This document shows, piece after piece, positions 35,735-45,937 of a stretch of DNA of 52,561 nucleotides. The stretch spans positions 1 to 52,561 of the IMG/VR virus record IMGVR_UViG_3300045738_001973, one strand, 5' to 3'. The notes beneath the pieces are model-generated. The model had not been told where the DNA came from, searched no databases, and was given only the letters and a program-made list of their open reading frames with translations. Positions within the stretch are counted from its first letter, which is position 1. Each line of letters begins with the position of its first letter. Source of the DNA: a virus. Its lineage: Duplodnaviria > Caudoviricetes. Both the position numbers and the translations under genes were made by a program.

Positions 35735-36778
35735 TTACGCGTAAGCAGTGCCGTTCCACAGTTTGATATTTTCCACCGCGCAGAATGCGCCAGTGTCTTC
35801 TACTACGTAGTCTTCGTTGATTGACTGATAATCTTCTACGCGGTCGCGCTTGGCGTTGTCGACAATCGTGCGGCGGTTGGTGCTTTCCTGCCAGTAGATA
35901 GACAGGTTTTCAAGCGTGGTTACCACAATGCTGCGCGCGGGGAAGAATGGCACCCGCACTGCTGGTAAGCCGCCTACCCGCTTAGACGAAACAATAATGT
36001 CGCTGGCGATTTTCTCGGTGGGCGTGTTGTTGTCGTCAATGATTGGGAAGTATTTATCCGCCAACAGCTGGCGGCCCATAATGGCGACTAAGCCGGTGTC
36101 TTCGGCGTGCCACTCGTCAAGCAAATTGCCCACAATGTCGAATACTAGGGAGTCTAAATTCTGGTAGTCATAGCCAGCCTCGGTGCCAACTTTTACCGCA
36201 TCTGATGCAGGCACCACTTCGCTCATAATGCGGGCTGGGTCATTGTCGCGCACATACTGCAACCAGCCTTTGTTAACGTCTTGCAGTAGCGGGTAGGTGG
36301 CGCGGTCTGACGTGGCGGCGCGGCTGGTGCCGTTCCAGCCGATCATCAGGCGATCGCGGGCAATTTGGCGCACAATCGCGTCGCGCAAACGGGTTTGAAA
36401 ATCGGGAAATTTTGCCCACATATCCAATTTGGCATACTTAAGGTGGGTGTCGAAATTGGTTTGCTCACAGCGGTAGCCAAAGGCGTTAAGGCTGGTGGGG
36501 TCTGTGGTTGCGCGGTCTTGGGCGTCGGTGTCGGTGGTGCCCGCAACCGTCGCGCTGGTGCCTAGCCCGAGGTTTTCACCCTCTTGTTCTGTGACCGGGT
36601 AAAAGCCGATTTTTTGTAAAAACGCAGATGACTCTTGTATGCGGTCTTCCAAGGTTTGGGCAATGGTTGGCACTACAGTAAATTTTGCACCGCCGCGAAT
36701 GGTGTCTTCTGCCACACCGTTTAGCGTCGCCTGGTGGCCCAAGTAGCTGTTAAATTTGACGCGGGTTTCATTACGCAT
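35735..36778 (-). CDS. Major capsid protein N
   Basis: MRNETR, LDMWAKFPDFQ, PLLQDVNKGWLQ, YVVED. Confidence 0.96.
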   Translation of the reverse strand: MRNETRVKFNSYLGHQATLNGVAEDTIRGGAKFTVVPTIAQTLEDRIQESSAFLQKIGFYPVTEQEGENLGLGTSATVAGTTDTDAQDRATTDPTSLNAFGYRCEQTNFDTHLKYAKLDMWAKFPDFQTRLRDAIVRQIARDRLMIGWNGTSRAATSDRATYPLLQDVNKGWLQYVRDNDPARIMSEVVPASDAVKVGTEAGYDYQNLDSLVFDIVGNLLDEWHAEDTGLVAIMGRQLLADKYFPIIDDNNTPTEKIASDIIVSSKRVGGLPAVRVPFFPARSIVVTTLENLSIYWQESTNRRTIVDNAKRDRVEDYQSINEDYVVEDTGAFCAVENIKLWNGTAYA

Positions 36779-36836
36779 GGGTGGTGCTCCTAATAAAAAT
36801 ATGCAAAACGTGCTGGTGTTTGTTCGGGTTTTGGCC

Positions 36837-37697
36837 TTAGCAGTCGGCTAAAATTTCGCCGTCGCCGCCGCTGGCGGGTGGCCGCTGGTTGTAGTTGCTC
36901 TGCCCTGCCAATGTTTTTTGCAGGGCGGTAAATTCCGCTTGCAGCGCCGTGAATTTTTCAGTGAGTTCGGTTAATTCGGTTTTGTCGTCGGTGTTGCTCA
37001 GCGTTTCAATCTGCGCAGATAGCCTTACGACTCCTTCGGCAATGAGGGTGATGGCCTTATTTTGCTCGTCGATTGCCGCGTTAAATTCGGTTTTGTTTTC
37101 TGCTTTGTCGCGCTTAAGCATGTCTTTGATTTTGGTGAAAAAACCCTCGCCAGTGGTTTTGTCGTCGGGCTTTTGCTCGCTTTCCATTTCAATTTCTGCC
37201 TCTAGGGCAGCGCTGAATAGGTTTTCTGGGCGGGCTTTGCGGCTGGCTAGCAGCTTTTCGGCGGCTGGCTTTTCCGCTGAAAATTGCAGGGCTTCGGTGC
37301 CCAAGCTGGCTGGCGAGTCGGTAATGGCTAGGCCGTACATATAGGCTTGGCCGCTGTCTGAAAACTGGGTGTCCATTTCAATAGAGGTGTAAATTTTTTG
37401 GCTCTTTTGATTAATCGCCAATAATTCTGGTGTGGGGATAATGCTGGCGTACAAGCCAAGCTTGCCTTTCAGCTCGCCGTCTTTAATTTCTTCGGCTTTC
37501 AATTCTGCTACGTCGCCCAGGGCAGGAAATGAACTGTCGGCATACAGGCCACGAATATGCTCTAGCCAAATGCGGGCGCCGTATTTTTCGGGGTTGTAGT
37601 TGGCGGCCATTTCGGCGATTTGCTCGCGGGTAATTTTGCGGCCATCAGTGGTTTGGCCTTCTACGGCAACTCGGAAAAATTTGGATTTAATTTTCAT
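36837..37697 (-). CDS. Capsid scaffolding protein/protease O
   Basis: FFRVAVEG.TTDGR, LAITDSPASLGTE.L.F. Confidence 0.95.
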   Translation of the reverse strand: MKIKSKFFRVAVEGQTTDGRKITREQIAEMAANYNPEKYGARIWLEHIRGLYADSSFPALGDVAELKAEEIKDGELKGKLGLYASIIPTPELLAINQKSQKIYTSIEMDTQFSDSGQAYMYGLAITDSPASLGTEALQFSAEKPAAEKLLASRKARPENLFSAALEAEIEMESEQKPDDKTTGEGFFTKIKDMLKRDKAENKTEFNAAIDEQNKAITLIAEGVVRLSAQIETLSNTDDKTELTELTEKFTALQAEFTALQKTLAGQSNYNQRPPASGGDGEILADC

Positions 37698-37788
37698 TTC
37701 GGCATCCGCTAGTGTGTGTTTTCGGCAATTCAGCGCTATTGATCCGTAGCGTTGCGGAATTGCTTTAGTCAGACAATGCGGTACAGGG

Positions 37789-37805
37789 GTAAAGAGCGTG
37801 TTTAC
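37789..37805. promoter_or_regulatory. Late-promoter activator site between divergent O and P
   Basis: GTAAAGAGCGTGTTTAC. Confidence 0.65.
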
Positions 37806-37852
37806 TGTTGCGCTGATTCATGGGGGTTTGGGTTTGCACGTAATCTGGGCGC

Positions 37853-39601
37853 ATGAAAACAGCACAAGACGACAGAACAGAAGCGCGGCTACTTTACTGG
37901 CAGGGTTACCGCATACCCGAGATCACCAAGGCCCTTGGTGTGCTTGGCCCTACCCTGCACAGTTGGAAGCGTCGCGACGATTGGGACTCGGCACCGGTGG
38001 TGCAGCGGGTTGAACAATCTATCGACGCGAGACTGTGCCAGTTATTGAAGAAAAATGAAAAGACCGACCAAGATTTAAAGGAGGTTGAAGCCCTCACTAA
38101 AGCCCTTGAGCGCACTGCCCGCATTCGTCGATACAACGACGGCGGCAACGAGGCAGATTTAAACCCTAATGTGAAAAATCGCAATAGAGGCCCGCGCAAG
38201 TCTAATAAAAAAGTTAAAAACGAGATTTCACCAGAAGCCTTAGACCGTATCAAAGAAGGCTTTATGGATGAAATATTTGGCTATCAAAAAGAGTGGCTCC
38301 ACAAAAAAACACTGCACCGTATTCGCAATATTTTAAAAAGCCGCCAAATTGGGGCCACTTATTATTTCTCTAACGAGGCGTTAGTAGACGCGGCCACCAC
38401 TGGCGACAATCAAATTTTCATCTCCGCTTCTAAAGCGCAGGCCCACGTTTTTAGAAATTATGTGGTGCAGGCCGCGAAAAAGTGGGCCGACGTTGAGTTA
38501 ACCGGCGACCCTATTGTGCTGCCCAACGGCGCAGAGCTGATTTTTCTGTCGACCAACTCTAATACTGCGCAGAGCTACCACGGCCATCTGTATGTGGATG
38601 AATACTTTTGGATCCAGCGCTTTCAGAATTTACGCAAAGTGGCGTCCGGCATGGCGGCACACAAGAAGTGGCGGCAAACCTATTTTTCTACCCCCAGCAG
38701 CGTTAACCACGAGGCCTACCCCTTCTGGACCGGCTCACTGTTTAACCGTGGTCGTAAAAAAGACGACCAGATCCAGCTTGATGTAAGCCACAAAAAGCTG
38801 GCTGCAGGCCGCATGTGCGAAGACGGCCAGTGGCGGCAAATAGTGACTTTGCTGGACGCAGAGGCCAAGGGCTGCGACCTGTTCGACATTGAGCAACTAA
38901 AGCTCGAGTACAGCCCGGAAGAAATGGCAAACCTGTTTATGTGCGAGTTTGTCGACGATACCTTCTCGGTTTTCAGTTTTGCAGAGCTCACCGCCTGCAT
39001 GGTGGACAGCTGGGTGGTGTGGGACGACTACAAACCATTAGCCCCCCGCCCACTGGGCAGTCGCGAGGTTTGGATCGGCTATGATCCATCACGGACCAGC
39101 GATAATGCCAGCTGTGTGGTGGTGGCGCCGTCGCCGGTGCCGGGCGGCAAACATCGCATTCTTGAAAAGCTCAACTGGGTAGGCATGGACTTTGTAGACC
39201 AGGCGGCCCGCATGAAAACCCTCACCGAAATTTACAACGTGACCCACATAGGCATCGACAAAACATCGATAGGCTTGGGCGTTTTCGACATGGTAAAGCG
39301 GTTTTTCCCGCGCGCGGTGGGTTACGACTACAACCCCTCGATCAAATCCCAAATGGTGCTCAAGGCAAAAGACATTATCAGCCACGGCCGCCTCGAATTT
39401 GATAACGGTTGGACCGACATGGTGCACGCCATGCTGATGATCAAACGCGCCATGACCGCTGGCGGTGGCCAAATGACTTACCAAGCCGGACGCACCAACG
39501 ACGGCGGCCATGCTGATTTGGCATGGGCGCTAATGCACGCACTCGACAACGCCCCGCTTCACGAAAGCATGGCAAATACAGGAATATTGGAGATTTTCTA
39601 A
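37853..39601 (+). CDS. Terminase ATPase subunit P
   Basis: LKSRQIGAT, YVDEYFW, GYDPS, HADLAWA. Confidence 0.96.
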   Translation: MKTAQDDRTEARLLYWQGYRIPEITKALGVLGPTLHSWKRRDDWDSAPVVQRVEQSIDARLCQLLKKNEKTDQDLKEVEALTKALERTARIRRYNDGGNEADLNPNVKNRNRGPRKSNKKVKNEISPEALDRIKEGFMDEIFGYQKEWLHKKTLHRIRNILKSRQIGATYYFSNEALVDAATTGDNQIFISASKAQAHVFRNYVVQAAKKWADVELTGDPIVLPNGAELIFLSTNSNTAQSYHGHLYVDEYFWIQRFQNLRKVASGMAAHKKWRQTYFSTPSSVNHEAYPFWTGSLFNRGRKKDDQIQLDVSHKKLAAGRMCEDGQWRQIVTLLDAEAKGCDLFDIEQLKLEYSPEEMANLFMCEFVDDTFSVFSFAELTACMVDSWVVWDDYKPLAPRPLGSREVWIGYDPSRTSDNASCVVVAPSPVPGGKHRILEKLNWVGMDFVDQAARMKTLTEIYNVTHIGIDKTSIGLGVFDMVKRFFPRAVGYDYNPSIKSQMVLKAKDIISHGRLEFDNGWTDMVHAMLMIKRAMTAGGGQMTYQAGRTNDGGHADLAWALMHALDNAPLHESMANTGILEIF

Positions 39602-40599
39602 TGACCACAAAAACCAAAAAAGCCCCAAAAACAGAGGCCTTTACCTTTGGTGAGCCTGAGCCGGTCATGGCCGCGCGCGACATTATGGGCTATGCCGAAT
39701 CGTGGTTTAGTGGCAAATGGTACGAGCCGCCTATTTCACTGCCTGGGCTAGCCAAGACCTATGGCGCCAGCCCTTACCATTCCAGCCCTATTCAGGTAAA
39801 AAAGAATATTCTGGTCAAAACCTTTAAGCCCCACCCGCTGCTTAGCCGCCAGACTTTTGCAGGGTTTGTGCTCGATGACCTTATTTTTGGCAATGCCTAT
39901 TTAGAGCGGGTAGACAATCGCCTGGGCAAACCCATGGAGCTAAAGCACAGCTTGGCCAAATACACCCGCCGCGCCAAAGAAGACAAATACTGGTTTGCTC
40001 ACAGCTACGCCAACCCCCATGAATTTAAAGCCGATTCGGTATTTCATCTTATACAGCCGGACATAAACCAAGAAATTTACGGCGTGCCCGAATACCTATC
40101 TAGCCTGCAGTCGGCATGGCTAAACGAAAGTGCCACCATATTTCGGCGCCGCTACTACGACAACGGTAGCCACGCTGGCTTTATCCTGTATATGAATGAC
40201 GCTGGCCAAAGCAGTGAAGATATCGACGCGATCCGCAAGGCCATGAAAGAAAGCAAAGGCCCCGGCAACTTCAAAAACCTGTTTATGTATGCCCCCAACG
40301 GCAAAAAAGACGGCCTGCAAATTATCCCCATTAGCGAAGTCAGCGCCAAAGACGAATTTTTCAACATTAAAAACGTCACCCGCGACGACCTAATGGCAGG
40401 CCACCGCGTACCCGCGCAAATGATGGGCATCATACCCACCAACACCACCGGCCTAGGCGACCCAGAAAAAGCCGCCCGCGTCTTCGCCGCCAACGAAATT
40501 GAACCAATGCAAGAACGCTACCGCGCCCTAAACGACTGGATGGGCGACGAAATCATCACCTTTAATAAATACGAAATCGAAGGACTGGGCACCACCTAG
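39601..40599 (+). CDS. Portal protein Q (PBSX family; start 39601)
   Basis: AFTFGEP, DINQEIYG.PEY, NGSHAGFI, GPGNFKNLF. Confidence 0.96.
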   Translation: MTTKTKKAPKTEAFTFGEPEPVMAARDIMGYAESWFSGKWYEPPISLPGLAKTYGASPYHSSPIQVKKNILVKTFKPHPLLSRQTFAGFVLDDLIFGNAYLERVDNRLGKPMELKHSLAKYTRRAKEDKYWFAHSYANPHEFKADSVFHLIQPDINQEIYGVPEYLSSLQSAWLNESATIFRRRYYDNGSHAGFILYMNDAGQSSEDIDAIRKAMKESKGPGNFKNLFMYAPNGKKDGLQIIPISEVSAKDEFFNIKNVTRDDLMAGHRVPAQMMGIIPTNTTGLGDPEKAARVFAANEIEPMQERYRALNDWMGDEIITFNKYEIEGLGTT

Positions 40600-40627
40600 C
40601 CAGCCACCAACCAGCCACCCAGTACCT

Positions 40628-40652
40628 AGCCCGCAGCCGCGGGCTTTTTTTT
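40628..40652 (+). terminator. Rho-independent terminator after portal
   Basis: AGCCCGC-AGCC-GCGGGCT followed by a T-run. Confidence 0.85.
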
Positions 40653-40699
40653 GCACCAAAATCGACCACCCCACCCCGGCCAGCCCGCCACCACCTGGC

Positions 40700-40732
40700 G
40701 CGCGCAATTCGCCCCCCGCCGCGCCTGCGCGC
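40700..40732. other. Predicted cos site (19-nt cohesive end 40707-40725)
   Basis: GCGCGCA|ATTCGCCCCCCGCCGCGCC|TGCGCGC resembles P2 cos in sequence, length and position downstream of portal. Confidence 0.75.
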
Positions 40733-40890
40733 TTTATGACATGGTTTTTTTGCGTATGCACAAACGAGCTAAGCCCAATGCCGCCACGGCTTGCGATATA
40801 GACGGTAAACCATTGATTTATTGCGGTTTTACGCGGCTTTGCAATGAAATAGCAGGGTTTGAACGGTTGCCCTACTGTCTGAGGTATAGG

Positions 40891-41192
40891 GGGGGGTTCG
40901 GAAAATAGTAATTAGTGTAATCGATACCGCAAATACTATGTAAGCTGTTGTTTTAAAAGGGTTTAAAGATTACAAAATAGGGTAATTTTTTGTAATCGTA
41001 TTTGTAATTATTTTCTAAGCTGTTGATTTATATACTATTTATAATATCGTTAAATTACAAAATATAGTGTAATCGAATTACTCTTTAGTTACTCAATAAT
41101 TACACTTTGCAAAAACACCAAACCCTTACAGTTCGGGGCTTTCAGGGCTGTTTTAAAAATAATTACACTAATTACTATTTTCCGAACCCCCC
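40891..41192. repeat. 302-bp AT-rich element with 31-bp perfect terminal inverted repeats
   Basis: 40891-40921 is the reverse complement of 41162-41192; about a dozen GTAAT/ATTAC motifs. Confidence 0.85.
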
Positions 41193-41260
41193 ACCTATTC
41201 TGGCAAAAAGGCTCTAAATAGGCGGTTTTACACTCCCGCCCGAATGTAATGCTAATATCG

Positions 41261-41324
41261 TGGGACTAACCTGGGACTGAATAACAGTCCCAAATCGACA
41301 CAAAAAATACCTAAGTCATTGATT
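41261..41324. promoter_or_regulatory. Integrase arm-type sites and IHF site next to att
   Basis: TGGGACTA 41261, TGGGACTG 41272, inverted CAGTCCCA 41285; TAAGTCATTGATT 41312-41324. Confidence 0.7.
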
Positions 41325-41349
41325 TATATAGGCGATAAGTACAGGTTGC

Positions 41350-41379
41350 AGGGTTCGAATCCCTCCCTCACCGCCATTT
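41350..41379 (+). repeat. Prophage att core (distal copy of tRNA 3' end)
   Basis: Identical to 304-333. Confidence 0.95.
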
Positions 41380-42951
41380 TGATATGAATATGGGCACTTG
41401 CAAAGAGGTGCCCATATTTCTATCTACCCTCGATATAATTGCTGCAAGGGGCAGAAGCCCTCCGCTAAACTTCAGCTTTGTCGGATAGACGACAATCTCT
41501 TTCACAATCGCGACTAATAGCGCTTTAGTAGCCTCATTGTCATCTCCTAGTAGTATATTCCTTGCCGCTTGCGCAAATAGCGAGATATGGCTTTGACCAA
41601 ATTTTTTAATTGGCAACTGCATGCGCTCCTTTAAACTTCTCGCCTCCATCTGAAGCCCATCTTGACTTCGCTTTAACCGACCAATTGTGTCTTTTGCCGT
41701 ACTGTCTAGCTCCAGCTCACCTTTTGCAATGTGCATGATTAGCTTTTCGTATTGATCCGTCACTTTCGAGGATTTAGCCTGAACAGCTAATAGACGCTGC
41801 CGATCCGCCCTAAACACTTCTTTGTGCTTCACTTTTAACGTCTGTACATACTCAGACAGGGCCTCCTCCGGCATTACTAGCTCCGCAATCAATTCTTTAA
41901 CCTTATTTTCTAGCGGTACTTTTGGAAGATTGGGGCACGTACATACGTTAATATTTTCCTTTATTCTTCGAACACATCTGTAATACCAATAATGTCCGCT
42001 TTTTCCGGAAGATAAGACAAGGTTTTTCCTACAGGAAGAACATTTAAGTAAGCCGGTCAAAATAGAGGGGCTACGGATTCCTTTTTCTTCTGTATTTTTT
42101 TGGGGGGCTCGCTGTTTAAGCTCCGCCTGAACTCTATTGAATACTTCCACATCCAAAATTTGAGGATTTTTATAATATATGGGCTTATAGTCCGCTCGTT
42201 TAATACGGCGATCAGCTGCGTATTCTCGTTGAGCGATGTAAATTGGGTCGGTGAGCACTCTATGAACCTTCATTGTCGTCCAATTCGAAACGTTTGCAGG
42301 GATCCCTGAAGTATTAAGGTAAGTCGCAATTTTTTTAACACCGTAGGGCCGCCCACAATTACCTTCAATTGCTAATCGGTAGATATCCCTTACAATTTCG
42401 GCTTGCTCACTGTTAACTACCAAGATTTTTTTGCTTTTATCCGAGTCTGGCGCAGGAACGGATTTGTACCCATAGGGGACTGCACCACCGACAAAGAAAC
42501 CTTTCTCTACCGCCTCAGCTTTACGATCTGAAACGACTTTACTATTTTGTCGGCTTTGATGCTCATTAACTGTCCCTAATAAACTTTTAACCAAATGCGC
42601 TAATGCGGGATCTGTGGGAAATGATTCCGTCACTGAAAAAAATTCAAAACCTAGGTCAGCAATTAAGCTGTCGGAAACTAACCGCTTCTGCTCATTCCGC
42701 GCGAAGCGACTAAGGGAATAGACGACTACTCCCTGGTACTCAACATCACTAGACTGAATATCACTAAGCATTTGTTCCAGCGCTGGTCGTTTCCCCTTGA
42801 AGGCTGAATATCCACCCTCAACATAATGCTTGACCACTACATGATCGTTTTGCGAAGCCCATTTTGTAATAGCCAATTTCTGGCCATCTAGGGAGTCGCT
42901 CTCTGTTGCCTGACGAGAAGTAGAAACCCTAATATAAGCTGCTAATTTCAT
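41368..42951 (-). CDS. Large serine recombinase (integrase)
   Basis: YIRVST catalytic Ser, SLSRFAR, recombinase domain, Zn-ribbon C..C/C..C and coiled coil. Confidence 0.93.
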   Translation of the reverse strand: MKLAAYIRVSTSRQATESDSLDGQKLAITKWASQNDHVVVKHYVEGGYSAFKGKRPALEQMLSDIQSSDVEYQGVVVYSLSRFARNEQKRLVSDSLIADLGFEFFSVTESFPTDPALAHLVKSLLGTVNEHQSRQNSKVVSDRKAEAVEKGFFVGGAVPYGYKSVPAPDSDKSKKILVVNSEQAEIVRDIYRLAIEGNCGRPYGVKKIATYLNTSGIPANVSNWTTMKVHRVLTDPIYIAQREYAADRRIKRADYKPIYYKNPQILDVEVFNRVQAELKQRAPQKNTEEKGIRSPSILTGLLKCSSCRKNLVLSSGKSGHYWYYRCVRRIKENINVCTCPNLPKVPLENKVKELIAELVMPEEALSEYVQTLKVKHKEVFRADRQRLLAVQAKSSKVTDQYEKLIMHIAKGELELDSTAKDTIGRLKRSQDGLQMEARSLKERMQLPIKKFGQSHISLFAQAARNILLGDDNEATKALLVAIVKEIVVYPTKLKFSGGLLPLAAIISRVDRNMGTSLQVPIFISKWR

Positions 42952-42952
42952 C

Positions 42953-43153
42953 TCACTGCTCCTTTTTATCTTGTTTTAAGGCCAGTAAATCTTGATTTGT
43001 TCTTGCCTCAAATTGGAGACTATTAAACTCATGAACGATTGCATTGAGATTAAGATCAAGCAATTTACAGATAGTCTCGTGGGTGAAAGCCAGATGAATC
43101 TCTGCACTAACATCTTGAGCGACCCTTAAATGCACCTTTTTGTTCATGGTCAC
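42953..43153 (-). CDS. Small protein abutting the recombinase
   Basis: RBS AGGAG; the stop is 1 nt from the recombinase ATG. Confidence 0.55.
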   Translation of the reverse strand: MTMNKKVHLRVAQDVSAEIHLAFTHETICKLLDLNLNAIVHEFNSLQFEARTNQDLLALKQDKKEQ

Positions 43154-43477
43154 TCTCCTGATATGAATCTGCTAACAGATGATCAAAAAGTATCCAATTA
43201 CAGAAGGTTAATCAAGGGGGGATATTAATAAATTCTTTTTAAATTCAACAAGTTAGGATCTAAAAAATAAAAACATTGCATTAACTTTCCTAAAGATCAT
43301 TAGTAATCAGAAGGTTAAACCAAGTTAATCTATTAACTGATATTACGAATGGATATAGATTTATAATTAAAATAAAGGTTGTCGGCTGTGTATATAGAAA
43401 ACTTGTATAAGAATCTATTGCTACCGCCTATATTCAAAGCCCTTTAGTGCCGATTTAAAACATTGTTGTTGCCTCGG

Positions 43478-43774
43478 TTACGGCCACCAAGGGTCTCCTA
43501 CCCATTTTTGTACGACTTTCAAATACCTGCCCTCAAGACAGGAAACCGCATCAAATAGATCAAAAGTAATTCGATTTTCGTGTAGCCATACACCCACTAA
43601 AAAACATAGCATAATTCCCTCTGTCTTCGAACAAGTGTAAAGGTAGGCATCTACTCTATCGAGCAAACACTCCCGACTAGAAAGATCCCAGAATGGCAGA
43701 AATTCAGGCAGGTCGTCTTCCAGTAACACAGCAAATCTAGCCTGACCCAAGCTTAAATTAATATTTAGCTCCAC
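43478..43774 (-). CDS. Hypothetical protein
   Basis: RBS GAGG; ends W..DPWWP. Confidence 0.6.
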   Translation of the reverse strand: MELNINLSLGQARFAVLLEDDLPEFLPFWDLSSRECLLDRVDAYLYTCSKTEGIMLCFLVGVWLHENRITFDLFDAVSCLEGRYLKVVQKWVGDPWWP

Positions 43775-43833
43775 AATGCACCTCTTTCAGGTCACTAAGA
43801 TACTGCCCAGCAGGTCGGAATTTAAAGACTTCG

Positions 43834-44238
43834 TTATCTCGTCTCGGGAAATAAAAACGTATTCATGTCTAGATCCTCTGGAGTTAATTTATAACCATCA
43901 GAAGTAAGCATGATCGTCTTACCAACTTCAATGTCATAGGACGCTGGGCGTTCACTAGAGAATCGACCTGGGCCTTGGAGTTTGTAGCAAGTATTTTGGG
44001 TCTCAACGGTTAATGTATCGATATCAAGAGATATTATCAGCGAAGACCGCATTGCAGCTCCCGGCTTCCATCGCCCTAATCTATCGTCAACAACGGAGCC
44101 AGTAAAAAATCGGGGACTAAAGCTAGAGTCTTTTTCGAGCTGTTGAACGATGAAATCTACTGGTAGGTGATCACGTACATCGTGTACACACCAGGACTCA
44201 ATTATCCCCCCAAAAGGCTTTGTGCTCTCCTGCGCCAT
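43834..44238 (-). CDS. Hypothetical protein
   Basis: D.LGRW.PG..MRSS..ETQNT.Y.L.GPG. Confidence 0.6.
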   Translation of the reverse strand: MAQESTKPFGGIIESWCVHDVRDHLPVDFIVQQLEKDSSFSPRFFTGSVVDDRLGRWKPGAAMRSSLIISLDIDTLTVETQNTCYKLQGPGRFSSERPASYDIEVGKTIMLTSDGYKLTPEDLDMNTFLFPETR

Positions 44239-44380
44239 TTTTTTGACTCACGAAAATTAGTTACGAATGTTATATGCTAAAAAACCGAAAATGTCAAAAA
44301 AATGAATAAAAACAATAATTTACGGAATAATAACTCACAGCATTTACTCGTACCAAGGTAAGCGCTCAATTAACCACGCC

Positions 44381-45913
44381 CTATACGAGGGACACATTCC
44401 AGGGTAGCAATGCCTGCAATTCGTCATCACTGGATATGCTTGGCAGTCTTGCAAACACCTCACGCAAATACGCGTAAGGTTCAAGGCCATTCGCTTTCGC
44501 GGTTTCGATCAAGCTATAAATAGCGGCGCTGGCGTGGGCACCTCTGGGCGTCGCGCTGAACAGCCAATTTTTGCGGCCAATAACGAAGGGGCGGATGGCG
44601 TTCTCCGCAAGGTTATTGTCGATGTTGACGTCGCCGTCTTCTGTGTAGGCTACGAGCTTTTCCCAGTTCTTATTGAGATAACCCAGCGCCGTACCGAGTA
44701 GGCCTTTGGGCAAGGTGCTGTGTAGTGTTTTGTCCAGCCACTCCCTAAGGGCGCTGAAGATCGGAACACTTTTCTCTTGGCGTAGCTGGCGGCGAGTTTC
44801 GCTGCTCGCGTCTTTCGCCTGCTTTTCGATGGCGTACAGCTTGGCAATATAACTGATCGCCACATCGGCTTTGCCGATGCGGGTAGTCTTTTTGTCTTTA
44901 GATGTCCCTGCCTTTTGAGCATCAACGAATTTACGGCGTGCGTGTGCCCAGCACCCCACATGGCTAATGTCGTCTTTGCGTCCAACGGCATGGTAGCCCG
45001 CATAGTCATCGGTTTGCAGGTAACCACTAAAGTCCTTTAGTAATTTTTCCGCCACGCTGCCAGCGCGGCTCGGCGCATAATCATATAACACGATGGAGTG
45101 ATCGGGGGCGCCACTGCGCCTGACCCACATATACGATTGGCTACTTGCGGGCCTGTCCGGTTCGTTTAGCACCTGAAGCGGCGTTTCGTCGCACTGGATG
45201 ATTTTGCCGCTGCGAAGTTCGCTATCAAGCTGGGCGATAAGTGGCGCGATCAATTCACCGCTGCGCATCATCCAATTGGCGAGGGTGTTGCGGGGGATAT
45301 CAATCTCCATCCGTTTGAAGATGGCTTCTTGGCGGTGCAGTGGCAGCGCATCATGGTATTTCGCGGTAGCGATATACGCCAGTAGGCCTGCACTCGCATT
45401 GCTTTTTGGAATGGGCTGCGCCGGTAATGCGGCGGTACGTACCGTCGATTCACACGCTTTGCAGGCGTATTTCAGGCGGGCGTGTACTAAGACGTGGACG
45501 GTTGCAGGAATGATATCCAGCTGCTCGCTGGTGTCTTCGCCAATATGCGTTAACGCACAACCGCATTCACAGACTTTGTCGGCATCAGCCAGATCATGTT
45601 CGATACGAACGTGCGGCAAGTCAGCGGGTAACGATTTACGACCACGGGATTTGCGACGCTCATACTGGATTGTTTCGGTTTCGGCGTCATCCGTGTTTTC
45701 GTCAAGGTCGTCTTCGGGAACAGGCTCAGCGGCTTCGGCTTCATTAAACAGCTCGGCCTGCCCATCCGACTTCTCGCTGCTGGCCGCAAAGCGTTTATGC
45801 CTGAGTAAACGCACTTGTGCTTCGAGTAACGAGATGCGTTTATCCTTCTCCAAAAGCAAAGCTTTGAGGCTGTGGATATCGTCAGAAGAAGGGGTTGATG
45901 GTCGCGTCGTCAT
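44381..45913 (-). CDS. tnpC: IS66 transposase
   Basis: DET, LQTD.YAGY, CWAHARRKF, IDNN.AENAIRP, LLPWN. Confidence 0.96.
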   Translation of the reverse strand: MTTRPSTPSSDDIHSLKALLLEKDKRISLLEAQVRLLRHKRFAASSEKSDGQAELFNEAEAAEPVPEDDLDENTDDAETETIQYERRKSRGRKSLPADLPHVRIEHDLADADKVCECGCALTHIGEDTSEQLDIIPATVHVLVHARLKYACKACESTVRTAALPAQPIPKSNASAGLLAYIATAKYHDALPLHRQEAIFKRMEIDIPRNTLANWMMRSGELIAPLIAQLDSELRSGKIIQCDETPLQVLNEPDRPASSQSYMWVRRSGAPDHSIVLYDYAPSRAGSVAEKLLKDFSGYLQTDDYAGYHAVGRKDDISHVGCWAHARRKFVDAQKAGTSKDKKTTRIGKADVAISYIAKLYAIEKQAKDASSETRRQLRQEKSVPIFSALREWLDKTLHSTLPKGLLGTALGYLNKNWEKLVAYTEDGDVNIDNNLAENAIRPFVIGRKNWLFSATPRGAHASAAIYSLIETAKANGLEPYAYLREVFARLPSISSDDELQALLPWNVSLV

Positions 45914-45937
45914 GACGCGTATTATACCAAAAGACCG

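Larger units (their letters stand above)
304..41379. mobile_element. P2/phiCTX-like prophage integrated at tRNA-Ser
   Basis: 30-bp direct repeats at both ends, integrase, and a full P2-type head/tail gene set with cos. Confidence 0.95.
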
